DNA of 63,510 bases, filler included, from Octopus bimaculoides (Eukaryota): the NCBI RefSeq assembly GCF_001194135.2. It is 7 parts of 7 records of this genome, joined end to end, with 100 filler letters (N's around TTAATTAATTAA, not from the genome) between each part and the next. Parts side by side here need not be neighbours in the genome. Positions count along the whole stretch, not along the records: positions 24,756 to 40,716 come from NC_068987.1; 6 more parts are not named here. One strand, written 5' to 3'. Within the stretch, counting starts at the first letter, position 1. Every line of letters begins with the position of its first letter. The notes beneath the pieces are model-generated. The model did no database searches, was not told the DNA's origin, and saw nothing but the letters and a program-made list of their open reading frames with translations. Both the position numbers and the translations under genes were made by a program. This document shows, one piece after another, positions 27,361 to 38,761 of the stretch.

Positions 27361-27750
27361 TAAATGTCCGACTTGCACAGAATATAAATGATATCAAGAA
27401 TTAAAATGGTTGAATAAGAGTTTTACGAGTCCAACAGCTGTTTCTGGGGGCTTGGTGGCCCAAAATAATGACTGTAGCTTGATTTCATCGTTGGATAACA
27501 CCAGTCTCCGTCTTCAGGAAGAATTTTACATTTGGGGTGTTGACAGAATTCTTTCCTGAAGATGGAGATTGGTATTATCCGAAGAATTCTTTCCTGAAGA
27601 CGGAGGCTGGTGTTATCCGATGATGGAATCATGTTACAATTATTATTTTGGACCACCAAACCACAATAAACACCTGCTGGACTCGTAAAATTCTTATTCA
27701 ACCCCTTTAATTTCTGATATCATTTATATTCTGTGTAAGCCGGACTTTAT
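27361..27750. mobile_element. Fold-back element (arms about 27361-27526 and 27583-27750) of Penelope-like terminal units
   Basis: About 165-nt imperfect inverted repeat. A 35-nt internal duplication (27546-27580) repeats the start of the right arm. Confidence 0.85.
27412..27530 (-). ncRNA. Type-I hammerhead ribozyme motif with extended stem II
   Basis: Minus strand: UUC-CUGAAGA (27517-27511)-C-GGAGACUGGUG...41 nt...CACCAAGCCCCC-A-GAAAC-AGCU-GUU (27444-27433)-GGA. The AACAGCUGUU helix III region is palindromic. Confidence 0.6.
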
Positions 27751-28197
27751 TATATGTATACTTATGTATAGTCTTTGTATTAAATGTATTTAATATTTTT
27801 TTGTATTTCGACATGTCTAACTTGCTTGTCTTTACATTTACTCCTCTACCTGCTCAAGTTCAAATCTCTTGAGCACTACGAAGTGCATGCTATACAGAGA
27901 ATACCTGTCTCTCATCTCTCTCCCCCTTTCTCTCTCTCTCNNNNNNNNNNNNNNNNNNNNNNNNNNNNNNNNNNNNNNNNNNNNNNNNNNNNNNNNNNNN
28001 NNNNNNNNNNNNNNNNNNNNNNNNNNNNNNNNNNNNNNNNNNNNNNNNNNNNNNNNNNNNNNNNNNNNNNNNNNNNNNNNNNNNNNNNNNNNNNNNNNNN
28101 NNNNNNNNNNNNNNNNNNNNNNNNNNNNNNNNNNNNNNNNNNNNNNNNNNNNNNNNNNNNNNNNNNNNNNNNNNNNNNNNNNNNNNNNNNNNNNNNG

Positions 28198-28243
<46 letters not shown>

Positions 28244-28524
28244 ATTAAAAAGAGACATGATTTTAAGAAAAACACGCGTCTTCTTGAGTTAGAAGAGGAC
28301 ACCTTTTTCCACCTGTAAAATATCTCAAAATATCAAATGCAACTATTATTTCTCTTTGATTTTTTTGTTGTTTTTTGCTTAAGGTCGTCATTTTCGTCAT
28401 GTTATTCGTTGTGGTAGAAGTGGTCGTCATAGTAATGGTAATGATAGTAGCAGTGGTGGAGCTGATGGCGGTGGTTCTGATAGCAGACGGGAATGTCTCA
28501 TTGCTCTTATTGTTGCTGCTGCTA

Positions 28525-29649
28525 TTATGGGGTACTGAAAAATCGGAAAGAAGATTTTAAAGGAGCTTTATCAAAGACGAATGAAGGAAATGGATTGTAT
28601 TTAAATAGCAGGCAATCTGGCTCGAATATTTCTTTCAGTTTTAATTTTGTTTCGTCCGGGATATCCTGATAAGCTTCCCTTAAAACCATCTTTCGATTTT
28701 CAGAAAGATTCGTATCAGTATTTACAGAATGTTGATGCTTTTGCATTAAAGAAGTCAAAAATTCTTGCTTCGTAATATTTAGCCAATTTTGCGGGGAATA
28801 AGGGAAATTTATGTGAATACTTATGAGACCTTTCATTTGAAGTTTGCGCCAAGTCTTTTGTGCTGCGTTGTAAGGATCGTAGCAAGGGTTTTTCAAGTTG
28901 CTATCACTTGAAAATAAAATATGTGCAGCGTCCGTTAACTCATCCAAAACACTGGCGTTTTTCGCTTTCTGAATTAAATATTTGTGATCTGATAGACCAA
29001 TGAAAGCCATCATTTTTTCGGCATCGTTCTGAAAGCTTTCGAGCTTCCCTATAAAATCGTATTTTATCAGACACGGCTTACAATGAGTATACATAGGCAT
29101 AAAGTGACCGTCTGTGTTAAGTCCATTCGTGATGGTCTTCACGAAATATGTTACAAATTCGGCAAACGTGACATTATTGTAGCATTTTCTTCGAGGACGA
29201 TTGTTTGCGTTTGAAATTTTCCGTAGAACCAACTGCCAACGACTGCTCCTTACAAACAACTTATCGACGTATGCAGATAACAATCGTGAATAGGGCTCAC
29301 GAACGAAAATTATTTTTTTATAGTTCTTCAAAATATTTTCTATTTGTCTGACTGACATCTGGGAGAATCTTTCATTTGGTAACCCGTGGGCGTCCCCTAG
29401 TGTGATTTCGAATGGGTCTTTTAGACTGTGTTTATTGTTGCTAAAGAAATACAACAATCTTTTGAAGAAGGAGCAGCCAACCTTTTCTATGAGACAATGA
29501 ATGAACTCACGGCGCGTATTGACATATATATGACTGTGAAAAATGAACTTGTTGGTATATCCGTAGTATTTACTAGTGTCGTTCTGGCATACTGCATAAA
29601 TGTTTTCTTTAAGCTCTCTTTGACGGCCTGCAATATTCTGTCGCACCAC
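28525..29649 (-). CDS. Carbohydrate sulfotransferase (Sulfotransfer_2 / CHST11-like) catalytic exon, copy A
   Basis: 374 intact codons. 5'-PSB CLIEKVGCSFFKR, 3'-PB FVREPYSRLLSAYVDKL, and HFMP..C.PC..KYDFIGKLE. It starts at a phase-0 acceptor ttttttttag|GTG, so the ORF-track start is not a true ATG. The N-terminal TM exon was not found. Confidence 0.93.
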   Translation of the reverse strand: MVRQNIAGRQRELKENIYAVCQNDTSKYYGYTNKFIFHSHIYVNTRREFIHCLIEKVGCSFFKRLLYFFSNNKHSLKDPFEITLGDAHGLPNERFSQMSVRQIENILKNYKKIIFVREPYSRLLSAYVDKLFVRSSRWQLVLRKISNANNRPRRKCYNNVTFAEFVTYFVKTITNGLNTDGHFMPMYTHCKPCLIKYDFIGKLESFQNDAEKMMAFIGLSDHKYLIQKAKNASVLDELTDAAHILFSSDSNLKNPCYDPYNAAQKTWRKLQMKGLISIHINFPYSPQNWLNITKQEFLTSLMQKHQHSVNTDTNLSENRKMVLREAYQDIPDETKLKLKEIFEPDCLLFKYNPFPSFVFDKAPLKSSFRFFSTP

Positions 29650-30593
29650 CTAAAAAAAACATACTTTACAATAATAATAATGATCTTAAATTTTGGAATA
29701 GGCCAGCAATTTCGAGGGAGCGGTAAGCCGATTACATCGACCCCAGCTCTCAACTGGTTCTTATTTTAGTGACTCTAAAAGGATGAAATCAAAGTCGACT
29801 TGCTTGCAAATGCTGGTTAGGGTTATGCTTCTGTATGTGTAATCATTTTAAAATCTAAGTCAGAATAATAGAAACATTTTGGCATAGAAAATTGAAAATG
29901 TACAGTTATGAAGGTCATCCCTATACAGAATAATGAAGCCTGGAGAAAGCCAATTTTAAATTTGGACAACAGACAGGTACTTTCATACAATCCACTGTTA
30001 TCTAAAATAATTTCAGAATATGTTGAAGTATATTAATACAAGTTAATTTGGATTTCATGAAAAAATATATGATGAAATGAGAAACAAAGAAATTTCGAGA
30101 TTTATCTGCAGCAACAATATGTCTGCGAGGCAAGTTTCAAAAATGGGCATTTTTAAAAAAAAATTTACCATCCAGGATAGAAATCCTAAAATAGGCTACT
30201 GTTTTATTTAGGGATAAGATCGTAATGTTAGACAGAAAAGTTAGACAGGAAGTTAGGCAAAGAAAAGTTAGATGGAAAGTGAAAGCAAGAGTTAGAAAGT
30301 AAATTTAGCTAGGGCGACGAGTTAGAAATTTATCCAGGAAAATTAAATCCTACACGGAGCGATAATTTTTAACACCAATGTATTGCCGTGTAATTAAGAA
30401 ATACGGTTCACGACCACGGCTTTTGTCTTCAGTCCCACTGCATGGCGGCAACTTATACAAGTGTTTTCTGTTATAGTCTCATGCTGACTAGTGTCATGTA
30501 AATGAATACGTACGCAGAAACTGTGTGGAAGCCCGTCGTGTATACGTACATACATGCATATCTATGTGTTTGTATATATATATATATATATAT

Positions 30594-30664
<71 letters not shown>

Positions 30665-30843
30665 TTTATATTTATATTTATATAAGTCACTTCATGCAAC
30701 AAATCTAAAAAGTACTTATCCTGTCCAATTAAAGAAAGGAAATAAGTCNNNNNNNNNNACTTCTGTATTGTTTCCACTTTTACTTTTTACCTATAACCTA
30801 TGATTTATATGAATTTTAACCCCTTTTCAACTATATGTGTGTG

Positions 30844-30895
<52 letters not shown>

Positions 30896-33274
30896 TATAT
30901 AGATATATGTATATATGTATATATGTATATATATGTATGTATGTACGAATGTATATATAAATGTATGTATCTATGTACGTATATATTTTTGGGATGTATA
31001 TTTCTATATATGCATGCATTCTTTTCCTTATTGAAGTTTTAGTGTTTCTTTCCTCCTTACCACTTGATCATCATCCTCTGCGCAATCATTCATCTTTCAA
31101 ATCTTATAAATGTCTTGCACATTTTTACTGGCCCCAGATATCGAGATATTGAGATCGTCTGTATAGGAAATGTAGAACTGCATTTTTCTCCTTCAAAAAC
31201 CCAAGTTCAGCCATATCTTAATCCAGATGGATTGCTACATAGCCTGTTATTCCAATAATGATATGTGTAAAGCTTAAAGTACATTTTATGTTCTGGACTT
31301 GCTCGATCCTCATCAATGATCCACAGATGTCTTTTTTACAGCATTGATGAGAAGAGCTGGTTCGTACATTGAAGTATATTCTTATATTTATTATTTTGGT
31401 TCCAGACAGTAATTACATGCTCATTGTGTTTCAATTGCTGTTTTTATTCTTAGGTTCCTCCCATACTTTTTGATCTGTTGCTCTCAATTCCTTCAACTTT
31501 GTTGCCACTTTTTCACTCTATTTCAGTTTGCTGCAGCAGAGTCAAATTTTATTTCGTATCTCTCTACAACCTCGCTGGTTGTTCTTGTAATTTTTCTCAT
31601 TTTTATGCTGACAAACTTTACCGAAATGGTCGCTAAGCATTTTTCCTTGCTAAGGATGGCGCTTCAGCGTATTGTTACAATCCGGATTTCCTTTGATGTT
31701 AATACAAATTAAAAGCTAAAGCTGCTCTCGCAGCGTGAAAAAATATTATTTCTACGAGTTTCTTAATACTGAAATCTCCACTAGCACTGAGTAGTTTTCG
31801 TGTTTTTACATTCATTTCGTTAAGTTCTTGTACCGTCTGATTCTGAAAGACCAAACACTATAAAGTTACTGTGAGCGACAAATTTGTTGTAAGCTAAACG
31901 TTCTGATCACCATATATATTTTCTTCACTCCCTTGCTGTATTCATAGGTTATCCTCTCTTTATTAATGGCTCTATCATATCTGACATTCTCAACCCAACC
32001 AAAATACTTGTAGTTCTCGCCCAAAAGAATAGACTGTGTTATTAAACCGATTAAGTTTAGTTTCGAGGGATGCATAACAAATTTTCCTCACTTTACAACC
32101 AAAAGGCACATTTGACTTCATCAAAATTCATTGAAATGTGAAATATTGTGTAATGAGATCTATTTACTTTTTCCTGTGGCTAATACTTGGCTTACACAGC
32201 TCCAGGGTATCTACAAAGATAATATGAGAGATGATTCTGGATCAGGGAATCCCACCACCGTTTTTTTATAAACACTATGTCTTGTGAGCTGGTATTATAG
32301 CGGAAAAAAAGAGGAGCAGTACAGACAAGATATCTCCCTGCAGAATTACTTGTTACTAATGCATGGTGTCACATTAATAGTCTCCGTAGATTTCTCAAGA
32401 CTCCAGCATACAAGTTTCTTTTACTTTTATCTTTAATAGCATGATAACGTCTGCTTGCCCACTTTCCTTTACCTTTCCCCTAATCATTGTATCCAGCATG
32501 TTATGCCTATATTTATAGATATTTTCATGTTACATTTCATATTATGAATGAGCATGCTCTTACGTCTTTGTTAATTCCAGTAGTTTATGATACCTACCAT
32601 TTTCACTGTACTATATTATAATAAAATTTTCGAAATGATGCTTTGGATGTGGATCACAACCTCGGCATTTGTTCAAACAGATTTGACATCAGTTGTTACA
32701 TCATTTAGCCGTTTTACTTGCTTCTCCGTTCTTTCCCTGTACGTAACCATTATTTAAAAATCAAATATTGAGCAATTAGTTAGGTCATTGATAATGATGT
32801 TACTTGATAGGGGTATATTTTTTCTGATGTCAAAATCAGAAAGAGTCATCCTGGACAAATACTATTCTTTTACGCTTCGCAAATATCATAACCGGGTTAG
32901 AGCGCTGCTCCAATCCATTTATGCTTTTTCTTATTGCTATTTTCAGATTGCACATACAGAAACTGTGTCGTTCTGTCTTCCTGTGAATCAATTATATACC
33001 CTTCAGATATCCTCGTCAATATGAATAAGGAGTCCACTGCAGTTTACAAAGTACCACTGAATGTATGCATGTATATATTAATTATGGATGGATGTATCAA
33101 TATATATATGTGCATGTAAGCATGGATGCGTGTAAGTATATAGACATGTATGTATGAATGTACGCATGCCTACAAGTATGTACGTATAAATGTTGTAGAA
33201 ACGAGTGCATTTATACATGTATGCACGTATGTATGTGTATATGAATGCACACTTGCACGCATGTATATATGTAT

Positions 33275-34940
33275 ATATGTAGAGGCAATTATGCGGATAA
33301 ACAAAGTAGATGTATTAACTATAATAGTTTGGATGTAAAATATAAGATATGTATATATGTATACATGCAAAACGAAAGAAAGCAAAAGTTGTGGACTTTC
33401 AGACGATGAATATTTAAGTATAAATATATAGATATTAATAGATCCATTTTCCACAGAGTACAAATGACAGAGAAAATTAAAGGGTTGGACGAAAGGTGTT
33501 ATAAGTCCAACAGCTGTTTCTGAAGGCTCGGATGTCCATGATAATGTTGGTTGGTGTAGTTCATTACAATATGCGGCCGTAATGGATGCAATCAATGTTG
33601 GATAAGACGAGCCTCCGTCATCAGGGTGGAGAAGATCTTACATTTCGGACCTTAATGCAGAGAAGTTCAAAGATGGAATGATTGAATGTGGAGAGCTAAA
33701 TGTATTAGAGGGGGGAGTAAGAGGGCCGGGGGATTATAGCAGTGTTAAGACAGAGAGGAGATAAAAGAGCTAGTTCAGGAAGAGGGTGGGGATAAGTAAT
33801 AGGGTATTAAGGGAGGTGGTAGTAGAAGTGGAGAGTTGAGAAATGAATGCGAGGGGTAGGATAGATAGTAATTGCAGGGTGGTCAGTTGGGTTGAGTTTG
33901 TCTATAGGTGTCAAAGTTAAGGGATAGTAGCTATAGAATTATTCAAAGTTGAGATAGTGAGAAAAGGAACGGCAATTATTTGAGGGAGAGAAGGTATCTA
34001 ATTACAGGGAGATTACTAAGGTATGTAGAAAGGTATGAGAGAAGATGGAGTGAAGTGAAGAGTTGGTGGTCAAGATAACAGTGGTTAATACAATAATGGA
34101 TGTGGGTTGGTATTGGAGGGGGAGTACTGAGGAGTGCAGAGGTATATAAAATTGAATTGAGGGAGGTGAATAGAGAAGGAGTGAGACGTTGACAGGTAAG
34201 TATCTAATTAAGTGAGACAGACGTTGACAGGTAAGTATCTAATTAAGTGCTTTTGGTTGAAGAGGGAAAATGATTGAACGGGGAAAGAATACCACTCGTG
34301 AGGATAAGGAGACTGTGAGGGAAGTGGGATATGGTGGGTAAGAGGAATTTGCAAGGGTAATCATGAGAAGGGATAATTTAATAGAAATGGTGGTATTAAT
34401 GGAGGGGGTAAGTTGCTAGGTTGGCCTTGTCGTACCTCGAGGTTAATTAAAATTAAGGCTAATTATGGTTATGGGATTACGTAGATTTAATAAAATGGGA
34501 AAATGGTGAGTAGAATCTGTGTCTACAAGAGAGTATTGCATCTGAGAATCTATTAAGTAATAGGGGTTATGTTTGCGAAGGATGGTTAGCGATTCCCTAA
34601 AATACAATTCACAAATACCGATATTTGCATTGTATAGGGGAGTCTGACTTACGATGGATCAGGATAGGGTATAAGGAACATTTTGAGATTTGAAGTTCTG
34701 TACATATGTTGCTAAGGAGGTAAATAATTTAAATTTTCGATTGTCGTTTGTACTCTGTTTAAGTTGGATCTATTAATATAAACATCTATATATTTATACT
34801 TAGATATTCATCGTCTGAAAGTCCCTACTTTTGCTTTCTCTCGTTTTGCATGTATACATATATACATATTTTGTATCTCATACCCACACTATTATAGTTA
34901 ATATATCTAATTTGTTTATCAGCCTGATTGCCTCCATATC
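33275..34940 (-). mobile_element. 5'-truncated Penelope-like element with inverted terminal units and a GIY-YIG C-terminal remnant
   Basis: About 205-bp inverted arms (33275-33480 / 34730-34940). Minus strand 34739-34500 reads FTSLATYVQNFKSQNVPYTLS*SIVSQTPLYNANIGICELYFRESLTI, then frameshifts to LLNRFSDAILSCRHRF, resembling the PLE endonuclease C-terminus. Confidence 0.75.
33495..33645 (-). ncRNA. Type-I hammerhead ribozyme motif with 77-nt loop II
   Basis: CUGAUGA (33624-33618)-C-GGAGGCUCG...CGAGCCUUC-A-GAAAC-AGCU-GUU (33520-33509)-GGACUUAUA. Upstream UGUAAG...UCC can pair as a bulged stem I. Confidence 0.62.
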
Positions 34941-35543
34941 TGCTCAACTTGATCCCTCTTATAACCATTCTTTACCCTGTGGAATTGATCCCCTGTAAAG
35001 ACATCGGAGTCTAAGTTAGAATCTTATGAGCACTACTGCCTTCTACACTGAGAATGTCCGGGCTATATGCATATACGTATGCATGCATACATGAAAGAAT
35101 ATTAGCTTTGGGACTTATTTAAGCAAGTCAAAACCAAAATGCTAAGTCTTCCTTGTTTTTAGTCAAGAATGTATTAGTAATTTCTTGATATGCTGATGCA
35201 AACTGAGTGTGCTTATATGTAGACGAATATTAGAATGTATTCACAGTGATGCAATTGATAAATATGTATAAATGTATATATATAAATATATGTATATGTA
35301 CTTCAAAATGGATGCGTGGTGTTCAATCATATAATAATATAAATAATATATAAATATAAATGTATACATGCATACATATATGTACATACATATATATGGT
35401 AAATCTATTGGGTTATTTCTGAAATCTTTATCCAAAAACCTGAAAGCGTAACCTGTATTGTGTGTGTATGGAAAGATAGTTGCTTATCTGCTGCTCATTA
35501 AAAAGTGAAAGAAATTGGAATGCGATGATTTCTTAATGCACTT

Positions 35544-35579
<36 letters not shown>

Positions 35580-37144
35580 TTCAAAAAACAAAAAAAAACA
35601 ATAACAAAAAAACAACAAAGTGAGGACGTGATACGGATAGTGTTATNNNNNNNNNNNNNNNNNNNNNNNNNNNNNNNNNNNNNNCGGAATTGCACTTATG
35701 TGCATGCATTAAGGGATGGGTGATATAAAAACAAAACTTAGTTCAATTTCAAAAATGCACTTTTCACTATCAAATCCCCACCACCACCACCATCTCGAGT
35801 GTTACCACCTCCATTTCCACCACCGCCACTACTACCATCATCAACCCTCTCTTTCCCTCCTTTCTTTCCCCTCTCTCACTCCCTCTCTCTCCCCCTCTCT
35901 CTCTCTCTCTCTCACTCTCTCTCTCTCTCTTTCTCTCTGCCTTTCTTTAACTACACCATCAGCACATGTCCCCTCTGCTAAAATTATATTTTTAACTCTT
36001 CCCCTCTACCTCCAACTAACATTTTTAACCACGTGATAAATATTACGTTCCCCCTACCTCATGTCATGGATGCTTCTCTCTCTCTCTCTCACTTTTCAAC
36101 TTATCCTCTTTTTTGCTCTCCTTTTTCTTCCTCCTCTCTTTCTTTTCAACTAATCATGTGAAAGCTTTACAATTACATCACCTCTACCTCGTCATGGACA
36201 CTCCTCTCTCCCTCTTTTTCTCCCTTCCTCTTCTCTCTCTCTTTCTTTTCCTTCTCTCTCTTTTTCTCTCTCCTTTTTTTCCCTCTTTTTTCTCTAATCA
36301 CGTGAAAGCGTTACCGAAGGTCTAAGTAACGCAATGACAAGCAGAATTATTGTAAGATTACGTGTGTGTGTATGTGTGTGTGTGTTGTGTGTGTGCGTGT
36401 GTGCCATATGCACTTATGCGATCATGTGAGCGTCTATATGTATGTGGGAGGGTGTATATTTTTGTATTCATTCTAAGAACCTTAAATGTAGATCTTTTAG
36501 AATGTTCGGATTTAAAAGATAAGAGTCAGTTGCTGTGTTCTGTCTTGGAATACCCCAACATTTTCAGGTTTCTTTGATACGAATCACTTATTAGATTGGA
36601 CAGTGAACACCTAATGAAATTGATCAGGAATTTTTTTCTCGTAATTTGAATTCAAATCTGAAATGCTTTTCCTTGACCAACTCATGTTTTCTAGGTACCA
36701 CTTGTTTTCATATAGAAAATAAAAGTGATCATTTATTTCAGTTTGGGAATTTGTTCAATATGAATTATTTATAAATGCATGAATAAGTAACTGTCTTAAT
36801 AAGTTACCGAAATTAATCGATTATGTATTTAAATTAATAAAATGAATTAATTTCTTTAAAAATGTGTTAAAGTATAAATGCAGAGTCCACTGGTGGTGTT
36901 CTGTCATGGAGACGTTGTATTATTTTTGATATTTCAAAAGTGTTCTTTCAGATAGTTTTGTGAGTGGAGGTGTGTGTATGTGTGCATGTGTGTGTGCGCG
37001 TATGTGTGTGCGCGCGTATGTGTATACGTGTGTGTGTCTGTATGTGTGTGCGTGTACATATATAATTAGTTTGTAGATTTGTGAGGATAGGTTTAAAAAT
37101 GGAGATACACGTATGTATACATGTATGTATATTCACATATTCAT

Positions 37145-38305
37145 TTAGACATCGTCAAAGTTAAAATACGTAAAGGGGCCTGTTGAGATGCGTTTATCGG
37201 GATCAAATATGATGTCCGGTTTGATCGGATAATCCCATAATTCACATTCACTGCTGAATAGTTTTGCGAGATCTTCCAAGTCTTTCTTCGGTACTGAATA
37301 ATACGCTTCCAAAAATGGAAATTTCCGTGTTTTATGACAATCTGGATCACTAAAAGAATTATTGCTGTATTTCGTTAAAATTGAAAGAAACTGAGTTTTG
37401 TTAAGGGACAGTAATTCTTCTTTTGTTATTGTCAAATTAAATTTGTAACAGATAAGTCCTTTGATTTGAAGTTTGCGCCACATACGCCGCGTGAAGTTAT
37501 GTATATCAAAGCATGGGTTTTTGTTAAGCTTTTTATTATTTTTTAAGCCAGATACTATATTGACAACGTCCTCGAGTTCATCTTTGATAGTTCCACTATC
37601 AATCTCATCCAAGATAGATTGGTATTCTACATGAAGCTTACTAAAAATAGTTGCTGCGTCTGTTTTGAAATTTTCAAGCTTTCCTATGAAATCATATTTC
37701 ACTGAACACGGATTAGTTATGAAGTGCGTCGGCATAAAATGACTATCCATGGATTTACCTTCAGATATTTGAGACACAAGATAACGTATCAAGTCCGTTA
37801 ATGTAGCGTCAGTGCCACATTTTTTTGATTTGTCTGGAGCTGAAGGTCTACTTTCCTTAATTAGTTTCCGACTAAATCCACTCCAATAGTCATAACGCGA
37901 GAAAACCTTATCGACGTAACTTGAGAATAAACGCTTGTAAGGATCGCGGACAAATAAAACGAATTTATATTCTCCCTGAACTTTTTCCAGTTGTTTTTCC
38001 GTTAACATTTTGGTAGTGTTCAATGGAAGACCGTGGGCAGCACCTAACGAATAAATAAAGGGGCTGGAAATAGATTTATGACTGCTAATGTAATACAAGA
38101 AACGCTTAAAAAACGAACAACCGCTTTTAGGGGTGAGACAGATGACAAATTTGTACTTGTGTATGACGACAGCCGAATTTAAATAAGTATTGTTTCTGTA
38201 GCCATTGTAATGGGAGAAATTTTTTGAGCACAGTCTCTGAATGTTCTCTTTTATATCGATAGGAGTCGGAGTCGATTCATCTGACACAACGAGCGACGAT
38301 TTCAC
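37145..38305 (-). CDS. Carbohydrate sulfotransferase (Sulfotransfer_2 / CHST11-like) catalytic exon, copy B
   Basis: 386 intact codons. CLTPKSGCSFFKR, FVRDPYKRLFSSYVDKV, HFMP...PCSVKYDFIGKLE. Phase-0 acceptor ctgcttttaatttttag|GTG. Confidence 0.93.
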   Translation of the reverse strand: MKSSLVVSDESTPTPIDIKENIQRLCSKNFSHYNGYRNNTYLNSAVVIHKYKFVICLTPKSGCSFFKRFLYYISSHKSISSPFIYSLGAAHGLPLNTTKMLTEKQLEKVQGEYKFVLFVRDPYKRLFSSYVDKVFSRYDYWSGFSRKLIKESRPSAPDKSKKCGTDATLTDLIRYLVSQISEGKSMDSHFMPTHFITNPCSVKYDFIGKLENFKTDAATIFSKLHVEYQSILDEIDSGTIKDELEDVVNIVSGLKNNKKLNKNPCFDIHNFTRRMWRKLQIKGLICYKFNLTITKEELLSLNKTQFLSILTKYSNNSFSDPDCHKTRKFPFLEAYYSVPKKDLEDLAKLFSSECELWDYPIKPDIIFDPDKRISTGPFTYFNFDDV

Positions 38306-38523
38306 CTAAAAATTAAAAGCAGAAAAAAAGATATTTATATTTATAACTATCATATAAGCATATTAATAGAGGTTTGATAATGCAAGTACATATACAAATG
38401 GTGGCTCAAAAGACTTTTCATATAATGTGTGTGTGTCTGCGTGTATATGTGTGCGTGCATGCACGTGTGTGCGTGCATGAGTATTTGTATATATATGTGT
38501 GTGTGTGTGTATGTGTGTGTGTG

Positions 38524-38573
<50 letters not shown>

Positions 38574-38585
38574 CGTGTGTGTGTG

Positions 38586-38634
<49 letters not shown>

Positions 38635-38761
38635 GCACATGGATGCGTGCGTGTGTATGTGTGCGTGTGTATGTGTATGTGTGTGTGTGTGTACATATAT
38701 CCGATAACGGAAAAAAGCGCTAAAAGTGTAAATAATTTTTTGTATTTCATGTATTTAATAT

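Noticed and set aside
34184-34249. 31-bp tandem duplication containing two perfect CAG|GTAAGT donors
   Set aside because: It is antisense to both the PLE remnant and the CHST genes and has no partner acceptor or exon, so it is treated as local slippage.
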